Of a stretch of 64,000 bases of DNA, positions 9,900-21,720 are shown piece after piece. Under the pieces are notes generated by a model. It was not told the DNA's origin, did no database searches, and worked only from the letters and a program-made list of their open reading frames with translations. This DNA is from Escherichia coli. Its GTDB lineage: Bacteria; Pseudomonadota; Gammaproteobacteria; Enterobacterales; Enterobacteriaceae. Made by a program: the position numbers and the translations under genes. The stretch lies in the NCBI RefSeq assembly GCF_030013595.1, contig NZ_CP122768.1; one strand, 5' to 3'. The first letter of the stretch is position 1; each line of letters begins with the position of its first letter.

Positions 9900-12800
9900 T
9901 CAGCTGATACTGATGCCTGCGGTGGCTTTCTTCATCACCACAACCAGCAAATCGCTGATACTTGCTGTGGGATACCAGTTATTTACCAGCCATGCTGACA
10001 CCGAAAACTCCAGTGTCATGTGACCGTGACCGGCAGGCATATCAATAACACCACTGTAAATCAGCGTATTATCCAGCGCGGTACGGTTATAAATTTCAGC
10101 ACCGTTTTTCCGTACTATCAGACGGCATGAGGAGTAAATATCAGTATGCTCTTTCTCATGTTTAGCGCCGCTGAATGCCACCGCCGGAATAACAATCTGC
10201 CGGTCAAACGGCTGATCGTCATAAACCCTGACGGTGATGGTCCCTGATGGCCACCGTTCCGGTGCACGGGAGTCCCGGGGGAAAGCTTTGCCCACTGTTT
10301 TAACGAGATCGCCTTCAATCTGGTTCGCGGACAGTTTTCCCAGAACCCGACAGTTCTCGTTAATCGTGACGTTGTTGAGCGTCCCGGAGTTCGCATTCAC
10401 GTTACCGCTGATATCGGCATTTTTCGCCGTCAGCCGCCCGTCCGGTGTCAGGGAAAATGCCGGTGGATTTCCGCCGCTGGTAATGGTGGGAGCCGTCAGG
10501 CGTTTCAGGAACACGTCGTTCATGAATATCTGATCGCCCTGACCAACAAACATCGGCTTTGTGTTGCCATTCGCAGGATTAATCATCGCAATCCGGTCAG
10601 CAGCCAGAAGCACCTGACTCTGCATACCTGCTGGCGTATTCTCAATACCGGCTCCGATACCCGCAATATAAAGGCGTCCGTCCTTCATCTGCTGCAGTTT
10701 CACGGCCCACATGCTGTTCAGGTTATTATTTGTATCAACCTGAACTTTCTGTATCTGCTGGATTGCCGCGCTCTGATTTTCCAGTTTCTTATTGACGGTC
10801 TGTGTGATTTCATTGCTGACATCCGTAATGGACGTCCTGATTTCAGCCAGGTCAGGCGCAAGCTGATCGTTATCAATCTGCGTCCACAGCTCCTGAGCCA
10901 GATGGGTTTTCCCTATCTCGCCTTTGAAAAAATCCAGATAGCCGGATGCGTCATCACTCGGCTGACCGACAGCCTCCACGAATGCCGATTTGCCAACAGT
11001 GTTCACACTGCGAACGTAAAAATAATAATCATGGCCCGGCTTAATATTGATACTGGCAGCTATCCAGTACAGCGCCGTACCAAGATAGCGCGCTGTGGTT
11101 TCAACCTGCCTGATATCCGCAATCCGCTTTTCCGAGAACCAGAACTCAAACTGTACCGTCGGATCATAAACGGCAAGATGCGGCGTGGCGGTTATCTGAA
11201 AATAGCCCGGCGTCAGCTCAATCCGCGACGGTGCTGCCGGTGCGGCAATCCGGAACGATACCGATGCCGGATCGCCCTGCTGTCCCCACGCATTTACCGC
11301 CCGGACTGTCAGCCTGTAGTTCCCCAGCGCCAGCTGCCTGAAGCGGTATGTGGTTTCCGTCGTCCGGGCCGTGCTGACCAGCCGCTCACTGCCGTCATCG
11401 GCGGCCACGGTCAGGCGAAGCATAAAGCTCACACCCTTCACCACCTTCGGCGTGTCCCAGCGCGCCAGCACCTGATACTCCCCACTGTCTGCGGTGACTT
11501 CTGCGGTCAGGTGCTGCACCGCTGGCGGCGTGACACCATTCACCGTGCCGCTCTGGTCGCCGTCAAAGTGCGCCCCGTTATCCACGATGGCTTCTTTCTC
11601 CGGTACATGCTGCACGGCAGTGATGGCATACGTGCCGTCATCGTTCTCACGGATACTCACACAGCGGAACAGGCGCTGGCGCAACGTCGGCAGCTTCAGC
11701 CCCCACACGCTGTATTCTGCAACGCCGTCAGGAACACGGCTCACTTTCACCTTCACACCGTCGGTGACGGACTGAACCTCCACGCTGACCGGATTGCCAC
11801 TTCCGTCAACCAGGCTTATCAGCGTGGTACCGGAGGATGGCAGCGTGATTTCACGGTCGAGCGTCAGCGTCCGGGTCTGGCTGTTCACCGCCAGCACGCG
11901 CCCGCCGGTGCTGATACCGGCATAGTCATCATCGCAGATTTCAATGACATCGCCCGGCACATGGCGAAGCCCTTCTGCGCCCACGCTGAAATCCACGGTC
12001 TGCGTTTCCAGCAGTTCCGTTTTAATCAGCCACAGCCCGGCGCGGTGTGCCTGCCCCCGGCTGGTACAGCCAAAGGCATCCATCTTCGTAACATTACGAC
12101 CGTAACGGGCAATGGCCTGCGTATCTTCAACAAGCTCTGTCGCCGTCTCCCAGCCGTTATCCGGGTCAATCCAGTTCACCTCAACGGCATTATGGCGGTC
12201 CTTCAGGGCGCTGAAGCTGTAGCGGAACGGCGCGCCATCATCCGGCATCACCACATTACTGCGGTTATAGGTCCACACCTTATCCGACGGTCGGTCCTGC
12301 ACGAACGTCAGCGTCTGCCCGTTCCATACCGGCATACAGCGCATCGCCGAGCAGAAATCGCTGAGCACATCCCACGCCTTACGTTGTGTGGTCAGCCAGG
12401 CATTACAGGTGATGCGCGGCTCCGTGCCGCCAAAACCGTCCGGCACCGACTGGTCGCAGTACTGGCCGATGACATACAGCGCCCATTTATCCACATCTGC
12501 CGCACCAAGACGTTTCCCCATGCCGTAGCGCGGATGGGTCAGCATATCCCACAGACACCAGGCCATGTTGTTGCTGTATGCTGGCTTAAACGTTCCATCC
12601 CAGATACCGCTGTATTGCCGCGTCTGCGGGTTATAGTTCGACGGCACCTGCAGAATGCGCCCGCGCAGATGATAATTACGGCTCACCTGCTGGCTGCCGA
12701 ACTGCTCCGAGTCCACCTGCACGCCGACCAGTGCCGTGTTCGGGTAGCACTGTTTCACATCTATAATTTCGGTGTATGACGACCAGAGCGTTTTGTTCTG

Positions 12801-13379
12801 CAGCTGGTCTGTGGTGCTGTCCGGCGTCATCCTGCGCATCCGGATACTGAACGGGCGCGGCGGCAGGTTATCCACCACCACCGAGGCCAGATACTGCGAG
12901 GTGGTTTTGCCCTTAATGGTGATGTCTTTTTCCGTCACCCAGCCACCGTTACGTTGTATCTGAACCAGCAGGCGGACTTCCGATGGATTCCTGTCACCCT
13001 TTGAGGTGGTTTCCACCAGTGCCTGCACACCGAAGGTAAAGCGCAGTCGGTCGATGTTTGCCGACGTGATGGCGCGGGTGATCGGCGTGTCGTATTTCAC
13101 TTCCGTACCCAGCACCGTCTCGGAGCCGGAGGATTCAAATCCCTCCGGCGGAGTCTGCTCCTGCTCACCAGCCCGGAACACCACCGTGACACCGGCGATG
13201 TTGGTATTCCCCTCACTGTCCAGCACCGGCGTACTGTTCAGCAGCACGCTTTTTAATCCATCCACCGGACCTTCAATCGGCCCTTCACTGATGGCATCAA
13301 TCACACTCAGCAACTGCGTGGATTTCAGGTTGTCCTTCGCTTCGCGCGGGGTATGCCCCTTACTGCTGCCTTTACCCAT
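9900..13379 (-). CDS. J: Tail tip / host specificity protein J
   Basis: 1159-aa ORF in lambda J position between I and lom. Confidence 0.9.
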   Translation of the reverse strand: MGKGSSKGHTPREAKDNLKSTQLLSVIDAISEGPIEGPVDGLKSVLLNSTPVLDSEGNTNIAGVTVVFRAGEQEQTPPEGFESSGSETVLGTEVKYDTPITRAITSANIDRLRFTFGVQALVETTSKGDRNPSEVRLLVQIQRNGGWVTEKDITIKGKTTSQYLASVVVDNLPPRPFSIRMRRMTPDSTTDQLQNKTLWSSYTEIIDVKQCYPNTALVGVQVDSEQFGSQQVSRNYHLRGRILQVPSNYNPQTRQYSGIWDGTFKPAYSNNMAWCLWDMLTHPRYGMGKRLGAADVDKWALYVIGQYCDQSVPDGFGGTEPRITCNAWLTTQRKAWDVLSDFCSAMRCMPVWNGQTLTFVQDRPSDKVWTYNRSNVVMPDDGAPFRYSFSALKDRHNAVEVNWIDPDNGWETATELVEDTQAIARYGRNVTKMDAFGCTSRGQAHRAGLWLIKTELLETQTVDFSVGAEGLRHVPGDVIEICDDDYAGISTGGRVLAVNSQTRTLTLDREITLPSSGTTLISLVDGSGNPVSVEVQSVTDGVKVKVSRVPDGVAEYSVWGLKLPTLRQRLFRCVSIRENDDGTYAITAVQHVPEKEAIVDNGAHFDGDQSGTVNGVTPPAVQHLTAEVTADSGEYQVLARWDTPKVVKGVSFMLRLTVAADDGSERLVSTARTTETTYRFRQLALGNYRLTVRAVNAWGQQGDPASVSFRIAAPAAPSRIELTPGYFQITATPHLAVYDPTVQFEFWFSEKRIADIRQVETTARYLGTALYWIAASINIKPGHDYYFYVRSVNTVGKSAFVEAVGQPSDDASGYLDFFKGEIGKTHLAQELWTQIDNDQLAPDLAEIRTSITDVSNEITQTVNKKLENQSAAIQQIQKVQVDTNNNLNSMWAVKLQQMKDGRLYIAGIGAGIENTPAGMQSQVLLAADRIAMINPANGNTKPMFVGQGDQIFMNDVFLKRLTAPTITSGGNPPAFSLTPDGRLTAKNADISGNVNANSGTLNNVTINENCRVLGKLSANQIEGDLVKTVGKAFPRDSRAPERWPSGTITVRVYDDQPFDRQIVIPAVAFSGAKHEKEHTDIYSSCRLIVRKNGAEIYNRTALDNTLIYSGVIDMPAGHGHMTLEFSVSAWLVNNWYPTASISDLLVVVMKKATAGISIS

Positions 13380-13439
13380 TCGTCACGCTCCATAAACGAC
13401 AAAACCGCCCGCAGGCGGTTTCACATAAAACATTTTTCA

Positions 13440-14111
13440 TCAGCGACCAATCACCACAACCTGACCACCATCACCTTCATCTGCTGTGCTGATCTCCTGA
13501 GATACCACCCGCGACCCCACACGCATTTCACCGTACAGAACGGGCAGGACATTGCCCTGGGCAACCATATTATCCAGTGAAGAAAAATAGGTGTTCTGTT
13601 TGCCGTTATCCGTTGTCTGTGTGCGGGGGGTTTTGGGTTTAGGGGCCAGCATCTGCGCCACACCACCGAGCACCATACTGGCACCGAGAGAAAACAGGAT
13701 ACCGGTCATACCACCGGCCCCAATGGCTGCCCCCCATGCTGCAAGGGTGGCTCCGGCAGTAAAGAATGATCCGGCAATGGCGGCAGCCCCCAGAACAATC
13801 TGGAATACGCCCCCTGACTTGGCCCCGGCGACTCTGGGAACAATATGAATCACAGCGCCGTCAGGCAGAGTCTCATGTAACTGCGCCGTTAACCCGGACG
13901 TGCTGACGTCCCGCCCGGCAATCCGTACCTGATACCAGCCGTCGCTCAGTTTCTGACGAAACGCCGGGAGCTGTGTGGCCAGTGCGCGGATGGCTTCAGC
14001 CCCCGTTTTCACACGAAGGTCGATGCGGCGGCCAAATCGTTGCAAATCCCCGTAAAGGCAGATGCGTGCCATTCCCGGTGACGCCAGAGGGAGTGTGTGC
14101 GTCGCTGCCAT
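13440..14111 (-). CDS. I: Tail assembly protein I
   Basis: 223-aa ORF, lambda gpI-like; overlaps K by 103 nt as in lambda. Confidence 0.9.
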   Translation of the reverse strand: MAATHTLPLASPGMARICLYGDLQRFGRRIDLRVKTGAEAIRALATQLPAFRQKLSDGWYQVRIAGRDVSTSGLTAQLHETLPDGAVIHIVPRVAGAKSGGVFQIVLGAAAIAGSFFTAGATLAAWGAAIGAGGMTGILFSLGASMVLGGVAQMLAPKPKTPRTQTTDNGKQNTYFSSLDNMVAQGNVLPVLYGEMRVGSRVVSQEISTADEGDGGQVVVIGR

Positions 14112-14752
14112 TTGTCGGTGTACCTCTCTCGTTTGCTCAGTTGTTCAGGAATATGGTGCAGCAGCTCGCTGTCACCACAGTAAATGGCGGCATGATTCGG
14201 CACCGATGAACCAAAACAGCACAGCAGCACATCGCCCGGCTGCGCCGCTGACAACGGCACCTGATACAGCCCTGTGGCCTCCAGATTATCCAGATAGAGA
14301 TTCTGACCGTTACGCCACCAGTCATCCTCGCGATGAAAATCCGGCATCTCAATCCCCGCCAGATGGTAAGCATCCCGGAACAGCGTGTAACAGTCCGTCA
14401 CCCCGTGCTCAAAGCGCCGCCCGGTGAGATGCGGCACACAGCGGAACTTGTGAATCGCCCCCCGGCAGACCAGCCACCACGGCAAATCACTCTGCACCTG
14501 CAGCCGCCGGTCAGCCTCACTCAGCCAGGGCAGACCACCGGGATGACTGTGGACCAGTGCCACAATCTCACCCTGCATCTCTGCCTGCAGCCAGTCCTCC
14601 GGAGCCATCCGGAAATAATCCTCCGGCTCACCGGAAATATTCACGCAGGGAAAATATCTTTCCCCCTCCGGCGCTCTCACCACGAAGCCGCACGACTCCG
14701 CTGGCGCACATCGCCGGGCGTGCGCCAGAATCGCTGATTCTGTCTCTGTCAT
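14009..14752 (-). CDS. K: Tail assembly protein K (NlpC/P60 + JAB/MPN)
   Basis: Lambda gpK-like; HSHP motif; start placed at the ATG 4 nt after the L stop (the ORF track extends to 14794). Confidence 0.8.
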   Translation of the reverse strand: MTETESAILAHARRCAPAESCGFVVRAPEGERYFPCVNISGEPEDYFRMAPEDWLQAEMQGEIVALVHSHPGGLPWLSEADRRLQVQSDLPWWLVCRGAIHKFRCVPHLTGRRFEHGVTDCYTLFRDAYHLAGIEMPDFHREDDWWRNGQNLYLDNLEATGLYQVPLSAAQPGDVLLCCFGSSVPNHAAIYCGDSELLHHIPEQLSKRERYTDKWQRRTHSLWRHREWHASAFTGICNDLAAASTFV

Positions 14753-14756
14753 GGGA

Positions 14757-15455
14757 TTACTGCGAAAGTTTGTTAATGGAAAGGAAGCCGCCAAAGTTGC
14801 CGACGTTATTGCGAAACTTACAGCCGCTCAGGCATTTGCTGCATTTATCCTTCGTGATATCGGACGTCGGCTGGTCATATTCATCCGCGACTGCCGGACC
14901 GTGATAACCGCACTCATCACCGCGATAGGTCCAGGTGCAGGTGTTGGCCAGCATGATACGTCCCGGAAAAACAGCGCCATCCGTTTCCGTCGGCGTGGAC
15001 AGTACAAAGGAGGCACTCACCGCGCTCAGTTCGCTGCACTGCTCGATGCGCCAGCGGCTGATCACCTCCTGCTCCGGATCGGCGTCACTGTTTCCGTTGA
15101 CGAAGTTCACCGCATCCAGAAAACGGGCGTAAACCTTACGCCGGACCACCGTTCCGCCGACCAGACTCTGCAGATCTTCCGCCATCCCGGTGACCATACC
15201 GTACAGGTTAGAAACCGTCAGCGTGGGGCGCGTACTGGTGCCTTTGCCATTCAGTTCAAAACCACTCCCCTGAATGGGATACGGCTGATACTGTCGCCCC
15301 TGCCAGGTGACCGGCACACCTTTTTCGTTCTGCTCATTACAGAAAAAATAACGTTCTCCACCGACCTCTGTCAGGTCGATTTCCCAGAGCACCACGCTGG
15401 CCGACTGCTCCGCACGGGTGCATTCATTCAGTGTTTCCTGCCGGATATCCTGCAT
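14757..15455 (-). CDS. L: Minor tail protein L
   Basis: 232 aa, lambda gpL-like. Confidence 0.9.
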   Translation of the reverse strand: MQDIRQETLNECTRAEQSASVVLWEIDLTEVGGERYFFCNEQNEKGVPVTWQGRQYQPYPIQGSGFELNGKGTSTRPTLTVSNLYGMVTGMAEDLQSLVGGTVVRRKVYARFLDAVNFVNGNSDADPEQEVISRWRIEQCSELSAVSASFVLSTPTETDGAVFPGRIMLANTCTWTYRGDECGYHGPAVADEYDQPTSDITKDKCSKCLSGCKFRNNVGNFGGFLSINKLSQ

Positions 15456-15784
15456 CAGTTCACCACCTGTTCAAACTCTGCGCTGAACTCAACACGCAGC
15501 ATACTGACCCGCGACGACCATTTTGCGCAGGTCACCTTTATCTGCCGCCACTCATAAGGCGGCGTCCACAGAAAGGCTTTCCAGCCCCCGTGCTCTTCCA
15601 GAAACGACTCCAGTACCGTGGCCTCCTCACGGGGGACAGAAAGCGTCACGCTGTACGTTTTCAGGTTGGCATTCAGCCCGGCAGGCGCTCGCTGGGAATA
15701 GCCATCACCAAAGCGCACCTTTCTTACAGAAGGGGCCGAAGCCACATCCATACCGGGTTTCACTTTCCAGCGGAAGGTTTTCAT
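15455..15784 (-). CDS. M: Minor tail protein M
   Basis: 109 aa, lambda gpM-like. Confidence 0.9.
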   Translation of the reverse strand: MKTFRWKVKPGMDVASAPSVRKVRFGDGYSQRAPAGLNANLKTYSVTLSVPREEATVLESFLEEHGGWKAFLWTPPYEWRQIKVTCAKWSSRVSMLRVEFSAEFEQVVN

Positions 15785-18342
15785 CGTCCACCTCCGGAGA
15801 ACAGTCCACCATCACGCATCTGTGTCTGAATTTCATCACGGGCACCCTTGCGGGCCATGTCATACACCGCCTTCAGAGCAGCCGGACCTATCTGCCCGTT
15901 CGTGCCGTCGTTGTTAATCACCACATGGTTATTCTGCTCAAACGTCCCGGACGCCTGCGACCGGCTGTCAGCCAGACTGCCCGGTGTACCGACATAACCA
16001 CCGGTGGCATAGCCGCGCATCAGCCGGTAGAGATTCCCCACGCCAATCCGGCTGGTTGCCTCCTTTGTGAAGACAAATTCACCACGGTGAACAATCCCCG
16101 CTGGCTCATATTTGCCGCCGGTTCCCGTAAATCCTCCGGTTGCAAAATGGAATTTCGCCGCAGCGGCCTGAATGGCTGTACCGCCTGACGCGGATGCGCC
16201 GCCACCAACAGCCCCGCCAATAGCGCTGCCGATACTCCCGACAATCCCCACCATTGCCTGCTTAAGCAGAATTTCTGTCATCATGGACAGCACGGAACGG
16301 GTGAAGCTGCGCCAGTTCTGCTCACTGCCGGTCAGCATCGCCGCCATATTCTGTGCAATACCATCAAAGGTCTGCGTGGCTGCACTTTTTACCTGCGACA
16401 TACTGTCCGTGGCGCTCTCTTCCCACTCACTCCAGCCGGACTTCAGGCCTGCCATCCAGCTCCCGCGAAGCTGGTCTTCAGCCGCCCAGGTCTTTTTCTG
16501 CTCTGACATGACGTTATTCAGCGCCAGCGGATTATCGCCATACTGTTCCTTCAGGCGCTGTTCCGTGGCTTCCCGTTCTGCCTGCCGGTCAGTCAGCCCC
16601 CGGCTTTTCGCATCAATGGCGGCCCGTTTTGCCCGTTGCTGCTGTGCGAATTTATCCGCCTGCTGCGCCAGCGCGTTCAGGCGCTCCTGATACGTAACCT
16701 TGTCGCCAAGTGCAGCCAGCTGGAGTTTGTACTCCAGCGTCTCATCTTTATGCGCCAGCAGGGATTTCTCCTGTGCAGACAGCTGGCGACGTTGCGCCGC
16801 CTCCTCCAGTACCGCGAACTGACTCTCCGCCTTCCACAAATCCCGGCGCTGCTGGCTGATTTTCTCATTTGCTCCGGCATGCTTCTCCAGCGTCCGGAGT
16901 TCAGCCTGAAGCGTCAGCAGGGCAGCATGAGCACTGTCTTCCTGACGATCGCCCGCAGACACCTTCACGCCGGACTGTTTCGGCTTTTTCAGCGTCGCTT
17001 CATAGTCCTTTTTCGCCGCCGCCATCAGCGTGTTGTAATCTGCCTGCAGAATTTTCCCGTCCTTCAGTGCCTTGTTCAGTTCTTCCTGACGGGCGGTATA
17101 TTTCTCCAGCGGCGTCTGCAGCCGTTCGTAAGCTTTCTGCGCCTCTTCGGTATATTTCAGCCGTGACGCTTCAGTATCGCTCTGCTGCTGCGCATTTTTG
17201 TCCTGTTGACTCTGCTGTTCAGCCTTCTTTCTCGCGGCTTCAAGCGCAAGACGGGCCTTTTCACGATCATCCCAGTAACGCGCCCGCGCTTCATCGTTAA
17301 CAAAATAATCATCCTTGCGCAGACTCCAGATGTCGTCCGCTTTCTTAAACGCAGCCTCTGCCTTAATCAGCATCTCCTGAGCGGTATCAGGACGACCAAT
17401 ATCCAGCACCGCATCCCACATGGATTTGAATGCCCGCGCTGTCCTGTCTGCCCAGGTCTCCAGCGTACCCATGTTCTCTTTCAGGCGGCGGGTCTGGTCA
17501 TCAAACCCTTTCGTCGCGGCCTCGTTCGCCGCCTGCAATGCCCCGGCTTCATCGCCGGAACGCTGCAACTGAGCAACATACGCAATCTGCTCCGCCGTCA
17601 CGTTATGGAACTGGCGTGCCATCGCTGTCAGCCCTGACGTCGGGTCTGTGGTCAGCTTCCCGAAGGCTTCAGCGACCTTGTCCACCTCCACGCCGGATGC
17701 AGAGGAGAAACGCGCCACACTCTGGCTGATGGATGCAATCTGAGCCTCACCGCTTACTCCCGCCTTAACCAGTGCGCTGAGTGACTCGCTGGTCTGGTTA
17801 AACGTCAGCCCTGCCGCCTGCCCGGCTCTGGACAGGACCAGCATACGATCTGCCGTCAGACCCGACTGATTGCCGGAAAGGACCAGCGTTTTGTTGAAAT
17901 CGGACAGGGTTGAGTTGCCCTGATACCAGGCATACGCCAGCGCACCGGTCGCCACCGCCAGCGAGGTGGCCCCGACCATCGGCAGGGTGATCGCACCGGC
18001 AAGCCCCCTGAACATGGGGATCATCCCGCCGAAGGAGTCCTTCACCTGACCACCCTGTTGCAGCAGGATCAGCCACGGACTTTGCCCGCCTGCAAGCTGC
18101 GTGGCCACGTCGGTGAACTGCGCAGGCAGCATACGCATGGCAGCTTTATACTGCCCGACGGAAATCCCCGCTTTCTGTGCAGCCAGCGCCTGTCGGCTCA
18201 GCGACTGTTCAACGACTGCCGCTGTTTTTTTCGCATCACTTTCCGTACCGGAAAAATGACGCCTGACTCTGGCCATCTGCTCGTCAAATCTGGCCGCATC
18301 CAGACTTAAATCAACGACCAGATCGCCTACCGGTTCAGCCAT
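15781..18342 (-). CDS. H: Tail tape measure protein H
   Basis: 853 aa, lambda gpH length and sequence. Confidence 0.9.
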   Translation of the reverse strand: MAEPVGDLVVDLSLDAARFDEQMARVRRHFSGTESDAKKTAAVVEQSLSRQALAAQKAGISVGQYKAAMRMLPAQFTDVATQLAGGQSPWLILLQQGGQVKDSFGGMIPMFRGLAGAITLPMVGATSLAVATGALAYAWYQGNSTLSDFNKTLVLSGNQSGLTADRMLVLSRAGQAAGLTFNQTSESLSALVKAGVSGEAQIASISQSVARFSSASGVEVDKVAEAFGKLTTDPTSGLTAMARQFHNVTAEQIAYVAQLQRSGDEAGALQAANEAATKGFDDQTRRLKENMGTLETWADRTARAFKSMWDAVLDIGRPDTAQEMLIKAEAAFKKADDIWSLRKDDYFVNDEARARYWDDREKARLALEAARKKAEQQSQQDKNAQQQSDTEASRLKYTEEAQKAYERLQTPLEKYTARQEELNKALKDGKILQADYNTLMAAAKKDYEATLKKPKQSGVKVSAGDRQEDSAHAALLTLQAELRTLEKHAGANEKISQQRRDLWKAESQFAVLEEAAQRRQLSAQEKSLLAHKDETLEYKLQLAALGDKVTYQERLNALAQQADKFAQQQRAKRAAIDAKSRGLTDRQAEREATEQRLKEQYGDNPLALNNVMSEQKKTWAAEDQLRGSWMAGLKSGWSEWEESATDSMSQVKSAATQTFDGIAQNMAAMLTGSEQNWRSFTRSVLSMMTEILLKQAMVGIVGSIGSAIGGAVGGGASASGGTAIQAAAAKFHFATGGFTGTGGKYEPAGIVHRGEFVFTKEATSRIGVGNLYRLMRGYATGGYVGTPGSLADSRSQASGTFEQNNHVVINNDGTNGQIGPAALKAVYDMARKGARDEIQTQMRDGGLFSGGGR

Positions 18343-18769
18343 ACCGGACTCCTCCTGCGATCCCTTCTGATACTGTCATCAGCATTACGTCATCCTCCGT
18401 CATGTCCGCCACATCCGGGGAAACGGGGATAACTTCATTCACGTCCGGGCCAAAGCGGACGCCTCCGGCAAGCCCTGCCGCTTTCTGCATCAGCACATCA
18501 TCTTCAGGCTCTTCGTCAGCCTCACGCCGGTTCAGCAGACTGAAATCCAGCGGATGCATATCCGGATCGCTGAAAAACAGGCTGAGCACGGTGTACGTCA
18601 GCCCGGAAAAGTGCATATCCAGCAGAACATCATGAAAATAATGGGTACTGTAAAAGCGGTGCCAGTCGGCATACTCCGTGGATGACATCCCGGCAAGCAT
18701 GGCACGCCAGTCGGGTCGCCCCATCTCGCGCGCCAGTTTCAGGGCAAAGCTCAGCTCACCGTCGAACAC
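18335..18769 (-). CDS. T: Tail assembly chaperone T (expressed as G-T fusion by -1 frameshift)
   Basis: 144-aa ORF in the -1 frame overlapping the 3' end of G; slippery heptamer GGGAAAG on the minus strand at 18769-18775. Confidence 0.8.
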   Translation of the reverse strand: MFDGELSFALKLAREMGRPDWRAMLAGMSSTEYADWHRFYSTHYFHDVLLDMHFSGLTYTVLSLFFSDPDMHPLDFSLLNRREADEEPEDDVLMQKAAGLAGGVRFGPDVNEVIPVSPDVADMTEDDVMLMTVSEGIAGGVRYG

Positions 18770-19173
18770 TTTCCCGCAGAAACAGGCTCTGCAGGCCCGG
18801 CGTCCTCTGCCTGTTCAGGGGCATCATTCACCACAAACTCATACATACCGGACAGCCGGTACACCACGTTTTCAGCATGAGAAATTGCCTCTGTGGGCCA
18901 GGTGGTAAGCACTTCCTGCTCAATCTGTTTAACGGCTTCATTCATGGAAGGCTGCTTTGTCTTCTGCGGATGGTTATGCCACAGGGACATAGCCACCACA
19001 AAAGCACCGGTTCTGATGGCGTCTTCCACAGTAAACTTCCGGTTGCTGTCTGACTCCGCCTGTTCTGCCTGCCGTTTCATCAGGGCGAGATGCTCAATAC
19101 GCTGCAGGGCTGACAGTTCAGAAAGCGTGACGGTCACGCCGTTATGTTCAAATGATTCGGTTTTCAGGAACAT
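18751..19173 (-). CDS. G: Tail assembly chaperone G
   Basis: 140 aa, lambda gpG-like. Confidence 0.9.
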   Translation of the reverse strand: MFLKTESFEHNGVTVTLSELSALQRIEHLALMKRQAEQAESDSNRKFTVEDAIRTGAFVVAMSLWHNHPQKTKQPSMNEAVKQIEQEVLTTWPTEAISHAENVVYRLSGMYEFVVNDAPEQAEDAGPAEPVSAGKCSTVS

Positions 19174-19188
19174 CGCTGACTCTCCGGA

Positions 19189-19929
19189 TTAACTGTCGGT
19201 GACAGTGATTTCTGCAACCGCAGCAAGTTCACCATTACCGGATACAACCGGAATGTTGACCTTACCTGCAGCAACGCCTTTCACGGTGATGGTCATACCA
19301 CTGACCGACACGGTGGCTTTTGTTTTATCCGCAGACACCGCACGAAAGCTCTTGTCGGTTACGCCCTCCGGCTGGAAGGCCACGGTCAGCGTGGTGCTCT
19401 GCCCTTTCACCACCGAGGTGCTGGCAGGCGTCACGGTCATGCCGGTTGCCGCTGTTACCGTGCTGCGATCTTCTGCCATCGACGGACGTCCCACATTGGT
19501 GACTTTCACCGTGCGGGTGATCACTTCCTTCGCCGTCACCGCCTTACCGATACTGCTGACCCAGCCACGGAACACATCGACCGTGCCGTTCGGGAAGCGG
19601 ATTTTATAGGCACGGGTATCGCCTTCATTAAACCACGCCAGCAGCGCCTGCTGCCCCTGCTCTCCGGGCATCCACGCCAGCGTGAAGCTGGTATCTCCGG
19701 CAGATTTCTGCCCCTGCCCGGTCGCAGTCCAGTCTGCATCTTCATCATCGAGATAGCTGTCGTCATAGGACTCAGCGGTCAGTTCGCCGGGCGTCAGGTC
19801 TTTAACTTTTGCCAGACGCGACCAGTCAACGTCTGAAAGCGGATTCGCATAAGGGTCACCGCTCCCCTTATAAACCCACAGGGTGGTCCCGGCACCTTTC
19901 ACCGGCATTACAGGATTTGGTACAGGCAT
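19189..19929 (-). CDS. V: Major tail protein V
   Basis: 246 aa from MPVPNP; lambda gpV-like with C-terminal Ig-like domain. Confidence 0.9.
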   Translation of the reverse strand: MPVPNPVMPVKGAGTTLWVYKGSGDPYANPLSDVDWSRLAKVKDLTPGELTAESYDDSYLDDEDADWTATGQGQKSAGDTSFTLAWMPGEQGQQALLAWFNEGDTRAYKIRFPNGTVDVFRGWVSSIGKAVTAKEVITRTVKVTNVGRPSMAEDRSTVTAATGMTVTPASTSVVKGQSTTLTVAFQPEGVTDKSFRAVSADKTKATVSVSGMTITVKGVAAGKVNIPVVSGNGELAAVAEITVTDS

Positions 19930-19936
19930 AGCGTCC

Positions 19937-20332
19937 TCACATTTCATAGGTAATGACATAAGTCAGATCGGCTGAACTCCACAGGCCCGCATCATCGTCG
20001 CGCCGGTAGTCATAGCCGCTGGCCACCATACTGGTGATCAAATCTGACAGTGCCGGGATATCGCTCATCACCGGATAAATCCGGGACTCCATCCACGCAT
20101 CCAGCTCTGAATCCGGCACCTGAGCAGGCAGGAAAACTTCGATATGCAGCTCCGCCTGCCAGGTATCGCTGTCCAGCTCTTCGCCCGTGTATTCAGCGCC
20201 GGTGAGATAAACGGCAACTGCCGGAAAATCCGCCTCATCAAAAACAGCGGGGCGACCATCAAAAAACGTCGCCCCGGTGTCATGCTTCTCCAGTGCATCC
20301 AGTACGGCTGCACGGAGTTCAGTATGTTTCAT
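19937..20332 (-). CDS. U: Tail terminator protein U
   Basis: 131 aa, lambda gpU-like. Confidence 0.9.
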   Translation of the reverse strand: MKHTELRAAVLDALEKHDTGATFFDGRPAVFDEADFPAVAVYLTGAEYTGEELDSDTWQAELHIEVFLPAQVPDSELDAWMESRIYPVMSDIPALSDLITSMVASGYDYRRDDDAGLWSSADLTYVITYEM

Positions 20333-20907
20333 CGCTTTATTACCATCCTCAGTTGATGCTGCAGCGCATAGCCCAGCTCTTTCGGAAGACGTTCACGCCG
20401 TATCCGCTCAATATTTTGTTTAAACGCCGTGGTCAGCGGCACCGCCATCGGGATTTTCACCACATCAATGGGGTAACGGTTTTTCCCGGCCACACGCTGC
20501 ATGACATGCCACCGGCCATTTTTCAGTTGCTGAATAAACGCGCCGGGAATACGACGGTTTCCCACCACAAGCACGCTGCCGCCACCTTTCAGGGCTGAAC
20601 GCTGCCCCTTTTTACGACGCCTGCGTCGGGACAGGACAATCCGCGCGTTACCCAGCTTTATTACGGGCAAATCCCCCCGGTTAACCTTGATTCTGGCCTG
20701 CGGATTTTTGACCGTGGCCCTTTTCAGCCTGGCCCTTTCCTTTACCAGTTTCCGGCGTACCTTTGTCTCACGGGCAACCTGTGACGCCGACTGCGATATC
20801 GCGGATGAAGCAACGCGGTTAATGGCCATTGCGGCGGCACCGGGCACCGCCGTTCTGCTGATACGGCTGAGGTTTTCAACGGCCTGCTCAAGACCTTTTA
20901 TGGCCAT
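20329..20907 (-). CDS. Z: Tail completion protein Z
   Basis: 192 aa, lambda gpZ-like. Confidence 0.9.
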   Translation of the reverse strand: MAIKGLEQAVENLSRISRTAVPGAAAMAINRVASSAISQSASQVARETKVRRKLVKERARLKRATVKNPQARIKVNRGDLPVIKLGNARIVLSRRRRRKKGQRSALKGGGSVLVVGNRRIPGAFIQQLKNGRWHVMQRVAGKNRYPIDVVKIPMAVPLTTAFKQNIERIRRERLPKELGYALQHQLRMVIKR

Positions 20908-20918
20908 ACATCCCCCTT

Positions 20919-21272
20919 TCAGCGGCGACGGTTAACGGCAGGCGGTACGCCCCGCCCAAGCCAGAGATGACAGCTTCCGCCATCATCCGGCGAAATCCGG
21001 TCCACCCAGAAGTTTTCCTCGCCGATGGTCAGTGTGTCTCCACGCCGCAGCTGCCGCACATCATCAGTCCGGACAAACAGGGACGGGCTGGAGCCTTCAA
21101 CGCGCACCCCCTGTCCGGCATAGCTGATATTTTCAGGGTCATCAAAAACACCACGTATCACAGCACCGGACAGCTCACCGGATGTCATGGTGGCTGACGT
21201 TCCCATGTACCCGCGTATCGTTTCATCGGCGCGGGCAATGGCAGCATCGAACAGGTTATCGGAATCAGCCAC
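20919..21272 (-). CDS. FII: Head-tail joining protein FII
   Basis: 117 aa, lambda gpFII-like. Confidence 0.9.
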   Translation of the reverse strand: MADSDNLFDAAIARADETIRGYMGTSATMTSGELSGAVIRGVFDDPENISYAGQGVRVEGSSPSLFVRTDDVRQLRRGDTLTIGEENFWVDRISPDDGGSCHLWLGRGVPPAVNRRR

Positions 21273-21283
21273 AGCGCCTCCCG

Positions 21284-21679
21284 TTATTGCATTCTGGCCA
21301 GGCCATGTTCTGTCATTTCGGCTGCCACACCGGCAGAGACACGAAACGCCGTTCCCGGCAGCACAAATGCCACAGGCTCATCCCGCGTGGCGTGAAGTGC
21401 ATCAGTATGCAGCGTCACCAGTGCCACGACCGTGACCAGAGCAGCCGTATCAATCACGGTATCCGGCTGCGCTGATACCACCTCATTTTCATGCCCGGTC
21501 AGCGCATTTTCCGGGCTGACAGATGTGTCCTGACCGGCAGCGTCATCCGTGTCATCAAGCTCCTCTTCCAGCTCTGCCACACGGAGTGCCAGTTCTTCTT
21601 TCGTCCCCGTCAGGCTGACATCACGGTTCAGTTGCTCACCCAGCACCTGAAGACGGGCAATCAGTTCATCTTTCGTCAT
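21284..21679 (-). CDS. FI: DNA packaging protein FI
   Basis: 131 aa from MTKDELIARL; lambda gpFI-like. Confidence 0.85.
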   Translation of the reverse strand: MTKDELIARLQVLGEQLNRDVSLTGTKEELALRVAELEEELDDTDDAAGQDTSVSPENALTGHENEVVSAQPDTVIDTAALVTVVALVTLHTDALHATRDEPVAFVLPGTAFRVSAGVAAEMTEHGLARMQ

Positions 21680-21720
21680 GGACTCCTCCACAGAGAGAAA
21701 ATGGCCCCGAAGGGCCATGA

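Noticed and set aside
10902-12779. 625-aa ORF on the + strand
   Set aside because: Antisense to gene J; Arg/His-rich composition typical of spurious antisense ORFs in GC-rich coding DNA
16172-17729. Several 140-176-aa + strand ORFs
   Set aside because: All lie antisense within the tape measure gene H and have low-complexity composition
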